Source: a virus (lineage: Duplodnaviria > Caudoviricetes). From it: a stretch of 50,085 nt of DNA. Location of the stretch: the IMG/VR virus record IMGVR_UViG_3300034760_000061, positions 1-50,085 of that record; one strand, 5' to 3'. Made by a program: the position numbers and the translations under genes. This document shows, one piece after another, positions 10,207 through 18,711 of the stretch (position 1 is its first letter; each line of letters starts with the position of its first letter). Under the pieces are notes generated by a model. It was not told the origin of the DNA. It saw only the letters and a list, made by a program, of their open reading frames with translations, and did no database searches.

Positions 10207-10228
10207 TTTCTTACCAGTTTCTTACCAG
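10207..10228. repeat. tandem repeat TTTCTTACCAG x2, probable arm-type sites
   Basis: Exact 11-bp tandem repeat just upstream of the integrase ATG. Confidence 0.6.
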
Positions 10229-10237
10229 ACCTCCCCA

Positions 10238-11707
10238 ATGGCAGCCTACAAACTCACAGCGACCAAGATTGAAAAACATAAGCCTTTAAGAGACGATGAA
10301 AGCTTCGCTGATGGGAACGGGCTGTACATTCGTTTCCGCCGGGGCCAAGCCGGCCAGCTGTCTCGGATTTGGATGTACGTCTACAAGACAGGCACAAAAT
10401 CAAATTATCTGACCCTGGGCGAGTACGGCGCCAGCCTACCCGACTTTGATCTCGCCATCTACAGGCTCAACGCTGAGACCCGACTGACCCTCGATACAGC
10501 ACGGCGTATAGCAATTGAAATTAGTGATTGGCGAAAACGCGGCACCGATCCGAAGGAATTCATCGTAGCCGAATCTGCTCGCCAACAAGCAGAATCCCAG
10601 GCCGCGGTGGAATCGGCGGAGCGTGCTGAAGCGGTGGCATCCGTCGACAAGCTCAGCGTAGCAAATATGTTCGATGCTTGGCTGCTCGACGGCGTGCGCC
10701 GCAAGGACGGCAACGCCGAACTCCGCCGGTCCTTTAGCGCGGACGTACTGCCGGCGATAGGCGCCATCGCGATCAAGGATCTGACAGAGCATGACTTGCG
10801 CGGCGTGCTGCGAACAATGGTCGCTCGTGGCGTCAATCGGGCGGCCGTGATGGTCAGGAACAGCCTGACGCAGATGTTCGCCTGGGCCGAAAAGCGGCAG
10901 CCATGGCGCAAGCTGCTGATCGATGGGAACCCGATGGAGCTGATCGAGATCGAGAAGATTGTGGCGCCCGACTACGACATGAGCAACGAGCGCGATCGCA
11001 TCCTTGCGGACGCTGAGATCGCGGAACTCCAGGCGGTATTCGACAAGCTGCAAGCCGAGTACGACGCAGCGCCGGACAAGCGGTACGGTACGCAGCCGGT
11101 GGCGGCCACGACGCAGCGCGCGATCTGGATCATGCTGTCCACGCTGTGCCGCGTCGGTGAGATGAGCATGGCCAGGTGGGAGCACGTCGACATGAAAGCG
11201 GCGGAGTGGTTCATCCCGAAGGAGAACGTGAAAGACAACCTGGCCGATCTGACGGTGTACCTCTCCCCTTTCGCGCTCGATCAGTTCCGCCAGCTGCAGC
11301 AGGTCACGGGACACACGAACTGGTGCTTCCCGGCGCGGAATAATGAGGGCCATGTCGATTCGAAGTCGATCAGCAAGCAAGTCGGTGATCGGCAATCGAT
11401 GTTCAAGAGGGCCAAGGACGGCGGCCCGCGCGCGCCGATGAAGAATCGGCGCCACGACAACACGCTGGTTCTCGGCGCCGGTAAGGCCGGGGCGTGGACG
11501 CCGCACGACCTGCGCCGGACTGGCGCTACCCTGATGCAGCGCTTGGGCGTTTCTCTCGACATCATCGACCGATGCCAGAACCACGTTCTGCCTGGCAGCA
11601 AAGTACGCCGGCACTATCTGCATCACGACTACGCGGACGAGAAGCGCGCCGCGTGGGATAAACTCGGCACACACTTGGTATCGATTCGGGCGCCGCAGGC
11701 GAGCTAG
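10238..11707 (+). CDS. int: tyrosine integrase, P4-like, with arm-binding domain
   Basis: DGNGLYIRF...W.Y.Y...LTLGEY arm-binding motif; CRVGE, HDLRRT, QNH, HDY catalytic residues; adjacent to att. Alternative start at 10190. Confidence 0.95.
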   Translation: MAAYKLTATKIEKHKPLRDDESFADGNGLYIRFRRGQAGQLSRIWMYVYKTGTKSNYLTLGEYGASLPDFDLAIYRLNAETRLTLDTARRIAIEISDWRKRGTDPKEFIVAESARQQAESQAAVESAERAEAVASVDKLSVANMFDAWLLDGVRRKDGNAELRRSFSADVLPAIGAIAIKDLTEHDLRGVLRTMVARGVNRAAVMVRNSLTQMFAWAEKRQPWRKLLIDGNPMELIEIEKIVAPDYDMSNERDRILADAEIAELQAVFDKLQAEYDAAPDKRYGTQPVAATTQRAIWIMLSTLCRVGEMSMARWEHVDMKAAEWFIPKENVKDNLADLTVYLSPFALDQFRQLQQVTGHTNWCFPARNNEGHVDSKSISKQVGDRQSMFKRAKDGGPRAPMKNRRHDNTLVLGAGKAGAWTPHDLRRTGATLMQRLGVSLDIIDRCQNHVLPGSKVRRHYLHHDYADEKRAAWDKLGTHLVSIRAPQAS

Positions 11708-11871
11708 GAGCAAGCCGCCAAGCTCGCAAGAATGGAGTAGCTTGCGGATCGTAGAGGTATCAAGCACGATGTCGCCGCGCATCGCCAGAAATTGTTTCGT
11801 AACAAAACGCAAGGCAACGATTTCCTGGACCATTCCCCTACGCCGCCATCCAACGCGGACGGGAGAATGCG

Positions 11872-12285
11872 ATGCCGTATGTCTATCCGGAAGTTGATGA
11901 GCTTAGAAACAAACCAGTGGCAGGGTCAGGCACCTGCGTCGACATTATCAAGGAATACGTGCCGGGGTTGAAGGGGTTGCCAACGACGTCTTGGAAGGCT
12001 GGCGTGAACGTTATGGAGGCCGGAGCGAAGGTTGCGAAAGGTACGGCGATCGCCACCTTCGTGAACGGGCGATATCCCCGCATTAATACAGGCAATCATG
12101 CAGCCATTGTGATAAAAGTAATGCCGTCGGGCATATGGGTGATGGATCAATGGGCGAACGACAAACGTCCGACAATCCAGCTCCGGTTGATCACCATTCC
12201 GCCGCGAGCGCTTCAAAGAAATTCAGATGGCAGCTTCCGGAACCCAAGCAACAACGCCCTCGCCTTCTATGTGATCGAAAAATGA
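11872..12285 (+). CDS. BPSL0067-family (Tae-like) peptidoglycan amidase effector
   Basis: GSGTCVDIIK, GTAIATFVNGRY, NHAAI, VMDQW motifs (Cys/His dyad). Confidence 0.85.
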   Translation: MPYVYPEVDELRNKPVAGSGTCVDIIKEYVPGLKGLPTTSWKAGVNVMEAGAKVAKGTAIATFVNGRYPRINTGNHAAIVIKVMPSGIWVMDQWANDKRPTIQLRLITIPPRALQRNSDGSFRNPSNNALAFYVIEK

Positions 12286-12749
12286 GCATTCGACATCTAA
12301 TTTTCATCAATTTCCTGTTGCTGTTCGGTGGCGCCACGATGTCCTGCATTACTGCCGCGCGGGGCGCAGAACCGCCCTTAACAGAACAGCGTACCGTGTG
12401 CCCTCTGTGGCTTGAGCCAGAAGTGTTTGCGGCCAAGAAATCGCCGCCAGGCTGGACAGTGCTGATGCCGCAGTCCGGCCGCCTGACTGGCCGTGGTCTA
12501 CTTCACGGTGCGCCGGACGGATCCGCATACCTCAAGCCGGACAGTGCGAAAATATCGAAGTCTGGCAGAACCGAGGTAAGCACTTCGACCTGGAATCTGA
12601 GTAAACCTCATGCATACGAAACGTGGCTGTATTGCGCATACGGACCACTTGAAATTTTCAAGCGCATCCCAACAACCGCGACTGCTTGCGTGGCCACTTC
12701 CAAGCATGAGCGCGACACATTCCTCGAAGCCGTGTTTGTGTGCAGGTGA
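12282..12749 (+). CDS. STY0301-like exported protein, probable cognate immunity
   Basis: ATGA overlap with the amidase; signal-like N-terminus; CP...PGW...WLYCAYG...C...C pattern. Confidence 0.7.
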   Translation: MSIRHLIFINFLLLFGGATMSCITAARGAEPPLTEQRTVCPLWLEPEVFAAKKSPPGWTVLMPQSGRLTGRGLLHGAPDGSAYLKPDSAKISKSGRTEVSTSTWNLSKPHAYETWLYCAYGPLEIFKRIPTTATACVATSKHERDTFLEAVFVCR

Positions 12750-13087
12750 TCCGCAGGCAGCTGCGGTGATGCGGTCCCGGGCCGATCCAGCCTTGGGGGG
12801 GGCACAAGCAGCTGCGGTACAACCACCGCGCCAGCCGCGCGCCACTCTACCCGGGCGATCGTCAGTTCGGTGTTGATGCCGGGTTTAAGGTGCCCAGCGA
12901 TTGCCGATGGTTACAGCAGAGGCCAAGAGCGGGCGCACTGCCAGTTGGTGAGATTTGCGGCGGCAATCGGGCATCGGCCAAAGTACGAAGGCCAGCGGCG
13001 GAGCATGCTCGTTTGATCTAGCGCAAACTTCGGGCCGCCTCCATGAGTAAAGTCGCGCCAGACAAACATTTTTCTCACTGAGGTAGC

Positions 13088-13309
13088 ATGAAACTCAGCA
13101 CCTATAATTTTTGGCGCGACGTAGCTTTGATCATTGCGGTAGCGGCTGTCGTGAACGGTGCATTTTCGGTGTTGCTGCATACCTATTATAGCGATGAGAT
13201 ACCAGTCGTCGTACAGGACTGGGCGCCGGTTGGCTTGTTCGTGATCGGCGTATGGTTCCTGATTGACCATCGCATAAAGAACCCTCCGAAGCAAGACGGG
13301 GAGCCTTGA
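13088..13309 (+). CDS. small two-TM membrane protein
   Basis: GAGG RBS; two hydrophobic helices. Confidence 0.6.
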   Translation: MKLSTYNFWRDVALIIAVAAVVNGAFSVLLHTYYSDEIPVVVQDWAPVGLFVIGVWFLIDHRIKNPPKQDGEP

Positions 13310-13316
13310 GCGCGAT

Positions 13317-13468
13317 CAGCTCGGCATCACTTCGACGTTTGACTCGACATCACCGACCGATGTCAGAACCACGTTCTGCCGGGGAGTAAGGTACGCCGGC
13401 ACTACCTGCACCACGACTATGCGGCGGAGAAGCGCGCTGCATGGGCAAGCGTAGAGTCGCATCTCTCG
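13317..13468 (+). pseudogene. integrase 3'-end remnant
   Basis: From 13343: LDITDRCQNHVLPGSKVRRHYLHHDYAAEKRAAWASVESHL, nearly identical to the C-terminus of int; preceded by scrambled QLGI. Confidence 0.9.
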
Positions 13469-13639
13469 TCGTTGCTTTCTCCTCCTAGAGGCGAGACGCA
13501 ATTGGCCCTCCGATGGACGGCGAAGAAGCTGATGAATAGAAGTTTATTCCACGATTTTAGTAATACAATACAAGTAACTAAAGGTTAATCGTATTGTCTA
13601 TCGGTTAATTTATTTAGAACAACTATTGGAGGCATACCT

Positions 13640-13780
13640 ATGGTAACTAGAAGAGTTGGACGCGACGCTGGTGATGGCCGCTTTATCCCTGTCAAGGAAG
13701 CACAGAAGGACAAGGAAGGATCTGTAGTGGAGAAGATCAAATACCCGGACCCGCCAAAGCCACCGCCCAAGAAGAAATGA
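13640..13780 (+). CDS. 46-aa small protein of the GRDAxxGRFIPV type
   Basis: GGAGG RBS; MVTRRVGRDAGDGRFIPVKEAQKDKEGSVVEKIKYPDPPKPPPKKK (below the ORF-track size cutoff). Confidence 0.75.
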   Translation: MVTRRVGRDAGDGRFIPVKEAQKDKEGSVVEKIKYPDPPKPPPKKK

Positions 13781-14042
13781 CCGAGGTGGCAGTGCGGCAT
13801 GGAGCAGCACTGCCACTATAACTAGGCCTCACCACCTGTGCATTGACGCTGAAACCTGTAGCGCGTCGCAAACCCTTTGCCGATTGAGCGCTATATGTTT
13901 TGGGTGGGGTCAGCGCTCAAGAACTCCGCCGCTCACGTCTAGGCACGCTGAAGACCTCACTAGCAGGTTGGTAAACCCACCAGAGGAATCACGCCCGCAG
14001 AAGCCGCAAAATGGAAGCTCACATCAACTGGAGCATCCAACT

Positions 14043-14309
14043 ATGAAAACCTACCCCATCAGCATTCCGATGCACCGCCTCTGGGCCGCACGCAAAAATA
14101 TCGCCGAGCTCAGCAGGATCGCTCCGCTTGTCGAGACATACATCAACGCGATGGTGGAGCGCTCTGATGATACTTGCGTTGTCATACACTCGCGTACTGT
14201 AGCAAAGGCCATCGGCGAGGATAGCGCTCTGGTGCATGAAATGATTATGCAGATTGATGGCGGGCACAACGGCCTCACAGTGCAGAAGACCACTTATCAC
14301 AAAATGTAA
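14043..14309 (+). CDS. hypothetical protein
   Basis: GGAG RBS before ATG 14043; 88 aa. Confidence 0.5.
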   Translation: MKTYPISIPMHRLWAARKNIAELSRIAPLVETYINAMVERSDDTCVVIHSRTVAKAIGEDSALVHEMIMQIDGGHNGLTVQKTTYHKM

Positions 14310-14601
14310 CAATTAGCAATACCAACATTTCCCCAGGGTCATGAAAGTTAACTGGCAATCACAATTCATGAGTGCTAAGATCTCTTTCGCTGAAAAAAGA
14401 AAAACCCATGCCGACTGCAATCGGCATGGGTTCGAATTCTCAGCATTTTTGCGTTTCAGCACCTCTTCAACGGTTGCGCTGTCACGCTTTACTCATAGTG
14501 CGACCGCGATTATATGGTGACAGGACCTTTTTGTAAAGGTCGATTTGCAAGATGGCTTGTCACCAAAATTTCGGTTGCAATGGCACAACGAAAGGAATTT
14601 C

Positions 14602-15405
14602 ATGCCAAAGCAACAAATGCCCCTCGATCTCATCCACCACGAATCTGACGGTACCGTCATCGATCAACGAACCGGTGACGGGTACATAAATGCCACCGCG
14701 CTTTGCAAAGCATCAGGGAAGCTGTGGAGCGACTACCGTCGAAATGGCAATACGACAGCATTCCTTGCAGAACTGGAGTCCGATATGGGAATTCCCATAT
14801 CGACCCTCGTTCACTCCATCAAGGGAGGCGAATCGTCACTGCAAGGAACGTGGGTGCACCCTCAAGTGGCGGTAAATCTCGCCGTATGGCTGTCGCCAAA
14901 ATTCGCCGTCCAAGTCTCAAAATGGGTCTCCGAATGGATGAGTGGGAAGGGCGCGCCTCAGCCAAAGCCAGTTCTTCCAGTGCATCTTCAACGCTACATG
15001 GCAAATGACCACAAAGTTCCGCCTGGCTACTTTTCGATCTTGCAAGAAACCGGAGTTAGCCTGTTCGGGCCCCTGCACCTGCTCGGTTTCGACGTACCCA
15101 AAGGATGGGTACCGGATATATCCGTTGGGAAACTTTTTTGCAGTTGGCTACGAAAATCAAAAGGGATAAATACTGATTCATTTCCAAAGTACTCCCACGA
15201 CTATCTTGACGGACGGCCACTCGTTTTCCCGAACGCGTACCCTGACGAGTATCTGGCAACCTATAGGACATGGTTCCGGACAATCTGGCTTCCAGAAAAT
15301 GGGCGAAACTATTTTAAGGGTAAGGATCCAAAAAGCCTAACATATTTGGACAAAATGCCCGCGCTCGCTGCCCCCAAGGCAATGGTACCCCTCCCTAAGA
15401 AATAA
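14602..15405 (+). CDS. KilA-N domain protein with BstA-like C-terminal domain
   Basis: DGYINATALCK...QGTWVHPQVA...W.SPKFAVQVSKW (KilA-N); C-terminal VPPGYFS, PDISVG, YxHxY, YP, RxW; AAAGGA RBS. Confidence 0.75.
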   Translation: MPKQQMPLDLIHHESDGTVIDQRTGDGYINATALCKASGKLWSDYRRNGNTTAFLAELESDMGIPISTLVHSIKGGESSLQGTWVHPQVAVNLAVWLSPKFAVQVSKWVSEWMSGKGAPQPKPVLPVHLQRYMANDHKVPPGYFSILQETGVSLFGPLHLLGFDVPKGWVPDISVGKLFCSWLRKSKGINTDSFPKYSHDYLDGRPLVFPNAYPDEYLATYRTWFRTIWLPENGRNYFKGKDPKSLTYLDKMPALAAPKAMVPLPKK

Positions 15406-15409
15406 AACG

Positions 15410-15437
15410 CAAGCTCGCTTCTGCGGGCTTTTTCTTT
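15410..15437 (+). terminator. intrinsic terminator
   Basis: AAGCTCGC-TTCT-GCGGGCTT followed by TTTCTTT. Confidence 0.65.
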
Positions 15438-15754
15438 GCTATATACGCACCGCTGTTCTATCCACTTGCGGTAGCTTGCACATCATCGCATGCCCTTAGG
15501 GAAGACGGCGCATGGGAATTGGGGCCTCCGAGTCCGCAACAGCAATTTTGCGCACCGGCTGTAGCCTCAATTTTTAGCCTAATTAGTTCGGCCTCGAAGC
15601 GTCGGTAGCGCCGGAGAGTCATCTGAAGCTGGGTGTAGTCCGCTCAGTTCCAATGCTGAATCTTATTGTTTTTACATCGCAACGTCTAATTGCGCTGTGA
15701 TATCGATACCTGCTCAGTATTAGCGCCATTTGAGACACTCTTCTAAAAATATTT

Positions 15755-16540
15755 ATGGGATATATAGTGAGCATTGTTGATAGTCACCAATTTATAAAAT
15801 CAGTCAAATCAAATCCAGAAAACTTTTATATTATTCATTACTCTTGTCAAAATCTCAATGATGAAAATGAAGCGCTGTCGCCACGCATAACTTCTATTGC
15901 CATAAATCACTACGCTACTGGCCAATCAGTTAGCTATTCGACGCACTCAATCGCAGAGGAATTGCGGATTCCACGCGATGAAGTGATTCAGAGATTTGAC
16001 GAAGTCGAACTCGCGTTGTTATCTCATTTCTACAGGTTTATACGAGACCGCCGCGACAAATACTGGGTACATTGGAATATGCGAAATCTTACTTTTGGAT
16101 TCGAGCACCTGGATCACCGCTATCGCGCCTTGGGCGGCACGGATGCGTGCGTAATCGCCGTAGAGCGCAGGTTGAACTTGAACGACCTCATAGCTGACCG
16201 TTATGGAGCAGACTATGCAAAGCATCCCAAAATGGTGTCACTGATGGAACAAAATGGCGGGCGGCACAGAGACTTCCTAGACGGAAAAGAAGAAGCAGCG
16301 GCCTTTGCAAATAAAGAATTCATGCGCATGCACGCGTCTACACTCTCAAAAATTGGGTTCTTTAGCTCCGCGATTCGAAAGATTATAAATGGCAAGCTTA
16401 ACACCGCGTCAAAAGGATTAGGCGTAAAACTTGAGAAACTCTTTGAAAGCCGAATTGCAAAAGCGGTTGGACTATTCGCAACGATACTTACCATTTTTGT
16501 GGGCATTTGGCAGTTAATTCTCTGGCTAACGGAAAAATAG
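15755..16540 (+). CDS. hypothetical protein, exonuclease/RNase H-like fold with C-terminal TM (moron)
   Basis: AT-rich 261-aa ORF; ITSIAI, WVHWNMRNLTFGFEHL; hydrophobic C-terminal helix. Confidence 0.7.
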   Translation: MGYIVSIVDSHQFIKSVKSNPENFYIIHYSCQNLNDENEALSPRITSIAINHYATGQSVSYSTHSIAEELRIPRDEVIQRFDEVELALLSHFYRFIRDRRDKYWVHWNMRNLTFGFEHLDHRYRALGGTDACVIAVERRLNLNDLIADRYGADYAKHPKMVSLMEQNGGRHRDFLDGKEEAAAFANKEFMRMHASTLSKIGFFSSAIRKIINGKLNTASKGLGVKLEKLFESRIAKAVGLFATILTIFVGIWQLILWLTEK

Positions 16541-16744
16541 ATCCAATTTTGCAACGACTTTTCCTGTAAAAAGAAAACGGTTGTGAGCGCTCGCTGCTGC
16601 GATGGCTGTGGCCGTGTCCAAATACATTATTAAAATGGCACTCCAACAAAAGTGGAGCCTATCGACGCCAAATGTGCCTGATTAATACATTTCGGGTCAT
16701 CTGGCTATTTAGAAAGTCATCGCTCGGCGGCGAAGTGGGGGGAG

Positions 16745-16993
16745 TCAGAAGCACCCTGCGATGACAGCTTCCAGCTGCGCCTCGTACTTGAGATGCACGG
16801 GCAGGTCGCGCGCCAGGGCCAGGATCTTCTCGCCGTTGCTGGCATCCGGCGCCAGGGTGCGCGTGGCAAACGTCGGCTTGGCCGGCGCCGCCGTTACGCA
16901 CGACCGGTACACCGGTATCTTGACCTCTTGCACGACCGGCGCGGCACCGCATGCGGTGAGCAGCAGCAAGGCCGTCAGCAGTAGGTATTTCAT
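16745..16993 (-). CDS. o-spanin (Rz1-like lipoprotein)
   Basis: MKYLLLTALLLLTAC lipobox; ATGA overlap with the i-spanin. Confidence 0.8.
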   Translation of the reverse strand: MKYLLLTALLLLTACGAAPVVQEVKIPVYRSCVTAAPAKPTFATRTLAPDASNGEKILALARDLPVHLKYEAQLEAVIAGCF

Positions 16994-17385
16994 CGGGTAG
17001 CCTCCAGGATCAGGTCCACGGTGGGCATGGCCTCGTCGCACGTGGTGGCGCGCGCCTCGGCAACTTTCGCCAGCACGGCGTCGAAGCGCTTGCCGGCGGC
17101 GGCGGCCACCTGCTGGGCGGCCTGGCCGCGCGCCTCGGCAACCAGCTTGGCGGTGCCGGCTGCTTCCACCATGCTGTTCTGCAACGCGATACCGGCGCGC
17201 AGTTCAGCGTTCGCGCTGCGCTCCGCGACCAGGTCGGACCGGACGGCGTCACGGTCGCGCGCGGCCAGGAACCAGCCGCCGCCGGCCCAGGCGCCCACCA
17301 CCAGCAGGGACGCCAGCAGCACCACGGCGATGATCTTCCAGATTCCACCTGTGACGCCGGCGGCCAGCGTGCCCAGGGCGCTCAT
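16990..17385 (-). CDS. i-spanin (Rz-like)
   Basis: N-terminal TM then Ala-rich coiled coil; follows the endolysin. Confidence 0.8.
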   Translation of the reverse strand: MSALGTLAAGVTGGIWKIIAVVLLASLLVVGAWAGGGWFLAARDRDAVRSDLVAERSANAELRAGIALQNSMVEAAGTAKLVAEARGQAAQQVAAAAGKRFDAVLAKVAEARATTCDEAMPTVDLILEATR

Positions 17386-17840
17386 TGGGCACCTACCAGG
17401 CACATGTTCCGCTCGGCCTGGCGCCGTTTCACCAGGCCCGGCAGGCGGATACCTTTGGCGAGCGTCCAGCGCAGCAGCTCATCGCAGCCGCCTTCCACGT
17501 CGCCCGCGTTCAGCTTGCGCGCCAGCGTGGAGCCGCACAGGTTGCCCTGGCCGACGTTGTAGGCGAAGCTGACCAGCGCGGCGCGCCGGTAGTCGGGCAG
17601 CGGCGCCCGGATGCAGTCGTCGACCGCGTGGTTCGCCAGTTGCAGCGACGCGGCCAGCATGCCGTTGCACTGCTCGAGCGTCGCGCGCTGGCCCAGGCGC
17701 ACGCCCTTGGTCTCGCCGAAGCAGATCGTCGGGATGCCGACCGGATCGCTGTACGCGGCCAGGCGCAACCCTTCGAAGCCGCCAACGAGCGTGACGGCAA
17801 TGGCCGCCCAGCCCGCGCGCTGTTTATTTGTCAGTGCCAT
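17382..17840 (-). CDS. endolysin, GH24 lysozyme, probably SAR type
   Basis: FEGLRLAAYSDPVGIPTICFGET (E-8-D-5-T triad); weakly hydrophobic N-terminus; GLVKRR. Confidence 0.92.
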   Translation of the reverse strand: MALTNKQRAGWAAIAVTLVGGFEGLRLAAYSDPVGIPTICFGETKGVRLGQRATLEQCNGMLAASLQLANHAVDDCIRAPLPDYRRAALVSFAYNVGQGNLCGSTLARKLNAGDVEGGCDELLRWTLAKGIRLPGLVKRRQAERNMCLVGAQ

Positions 17841-18045
17841 GCAATTCCTTCTGCGCCATCAAGCGCGCGCCGAACGCCAGCGTCGAGACCACAGCCGCGA
17901 TACCAGCGAATACACCATTGGGGATGCCGGCAGGCTGCACCAGCGCGATATACACCTCGGCGGCGCCCAGCAGGCCCGCAGCGGCGTTGAATTTCAGGCT
18001 CCATGCCTTGGCGAGCACGGCGCGCCAGTCTTCGATCAGGATCAT
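17824..18045 (-). CDS. putative holin
   Basis: MILIEDWRAVLAKAWS, two TMs, ends ARLMAQ; directly upstream of the endolysin. Confidence 0.7.
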   Translation of the reverse strand: MILIEDWRAVLAKAWSLKFNAAAGLLGAAEVYIALVQPAGIPNGVFAGIAAVVSTLAFGARLMAQKELHGTDK

Positions 18046-18356
18046 TTGCCACTCCAGAATCCACTACCTTTTGCCCCGGTTGCGCCGGTGTCGCCCTGCT
18101 TGCCTTTGCTGCCAGCCTCGCCGCGCTTGCCGGCATCACCGTTGCTGCCAGCGCGCCCACGGTCGCCGGTCTCGCCCTTCTCGCCCACGCCGTCAGCGCC
18201 GGCCGGGCCTTCGATGCCCTGCGCGCCCGTCTTGCCGGGCGGCCCTTGGATCACACGCGTCGGATAAAGCACCGCTACGAGGATCAGCGCAGCCGCGACG
18301 CCCATGAAAATTCGAAGCACCCAGTAAAATGAGGTCGACCACTTTTTCGCATTCAT
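18042..18356 (-). CDS. membrane-anchored collagen-like protein
   Basis: TM helix followed by ~19 Gly-X-Y triplets; ATGA overlaps on both sides. Confidence 0.85.
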   Translation of the reverse strand: MNAKKWSTSFYWVLRIFMGVAAALILVAVLYPTRVIQGPPGKTGAQGIEGPAGADGVGEKGETGDRGRAGSNGDAGKRGEAGSKGKQGDTGATGAKGSGFWSGK

Positions 18357-18601
18357 CGAATGTGCCCTCCCGCGATTTTGTCGATGATCCAATAGGCCAT
18401 TCCGAGAACCGCACTGCCCAGCGTCATAACGCCCCACTTAAGCGCCTTGTTGCGCTCGTCCTCAAGTGCCGCGATCTGCTTGGTCGCCGCGCTCAGCTTC
18501 ATATCCGCCTCCTCCTTGTTCTCGTCAACTGCGCGCTGCATTGCAGCCAGCCCGACCGTGAGCAGGGCAATTTGTGTTTCGGTCGATATCGTTTGCGTCA
18601 T
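18353..18601 (-). CDS. coiled-coil + C-terminal TM protein (holin/antiholin-like)
   Basis: MTQTISTETQIALL...; single C-terminal TM; first gene of the lysis cassette. Confidence 0.65.
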   Translation of the reverse strand: MTQTISTETQIALLTVGLAAMQRAVDENKEEADMKLSAATKQIAALEDERNKALKWGVMTLGSAVLGMAYWIIDKIAGGHIR

Positions 18602-18666
18602 TGGATTCTCTGAATGGCCTTGCGCGACGGACCGGTGCACAGCGCGTTGATGCCGGCGGACCGGCA

Positions 18667-18691
18667 ATAAAAAAGCCACCCGAAGGTGGCC
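18667..18691 (-). terminator. intrinsic terminator after tail genes
   Basis: GCCACC-TTCG-GGTGGC followed by TTTTTT on minus. Confidence 0.8.
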
Positions 18692-18711
18692 TGTGGTGGA
18701 GTGCGCGGCAA

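Noticed and set aside
10436-11833. 465-aa minus-strand ORF and similar long antisense ORFs (e.g. 22293-23612, 36364-37278, 7995-8849)
   Set aside because: Shadow frames of GC-rich genes with clear families on the opposite strand; no motifs.
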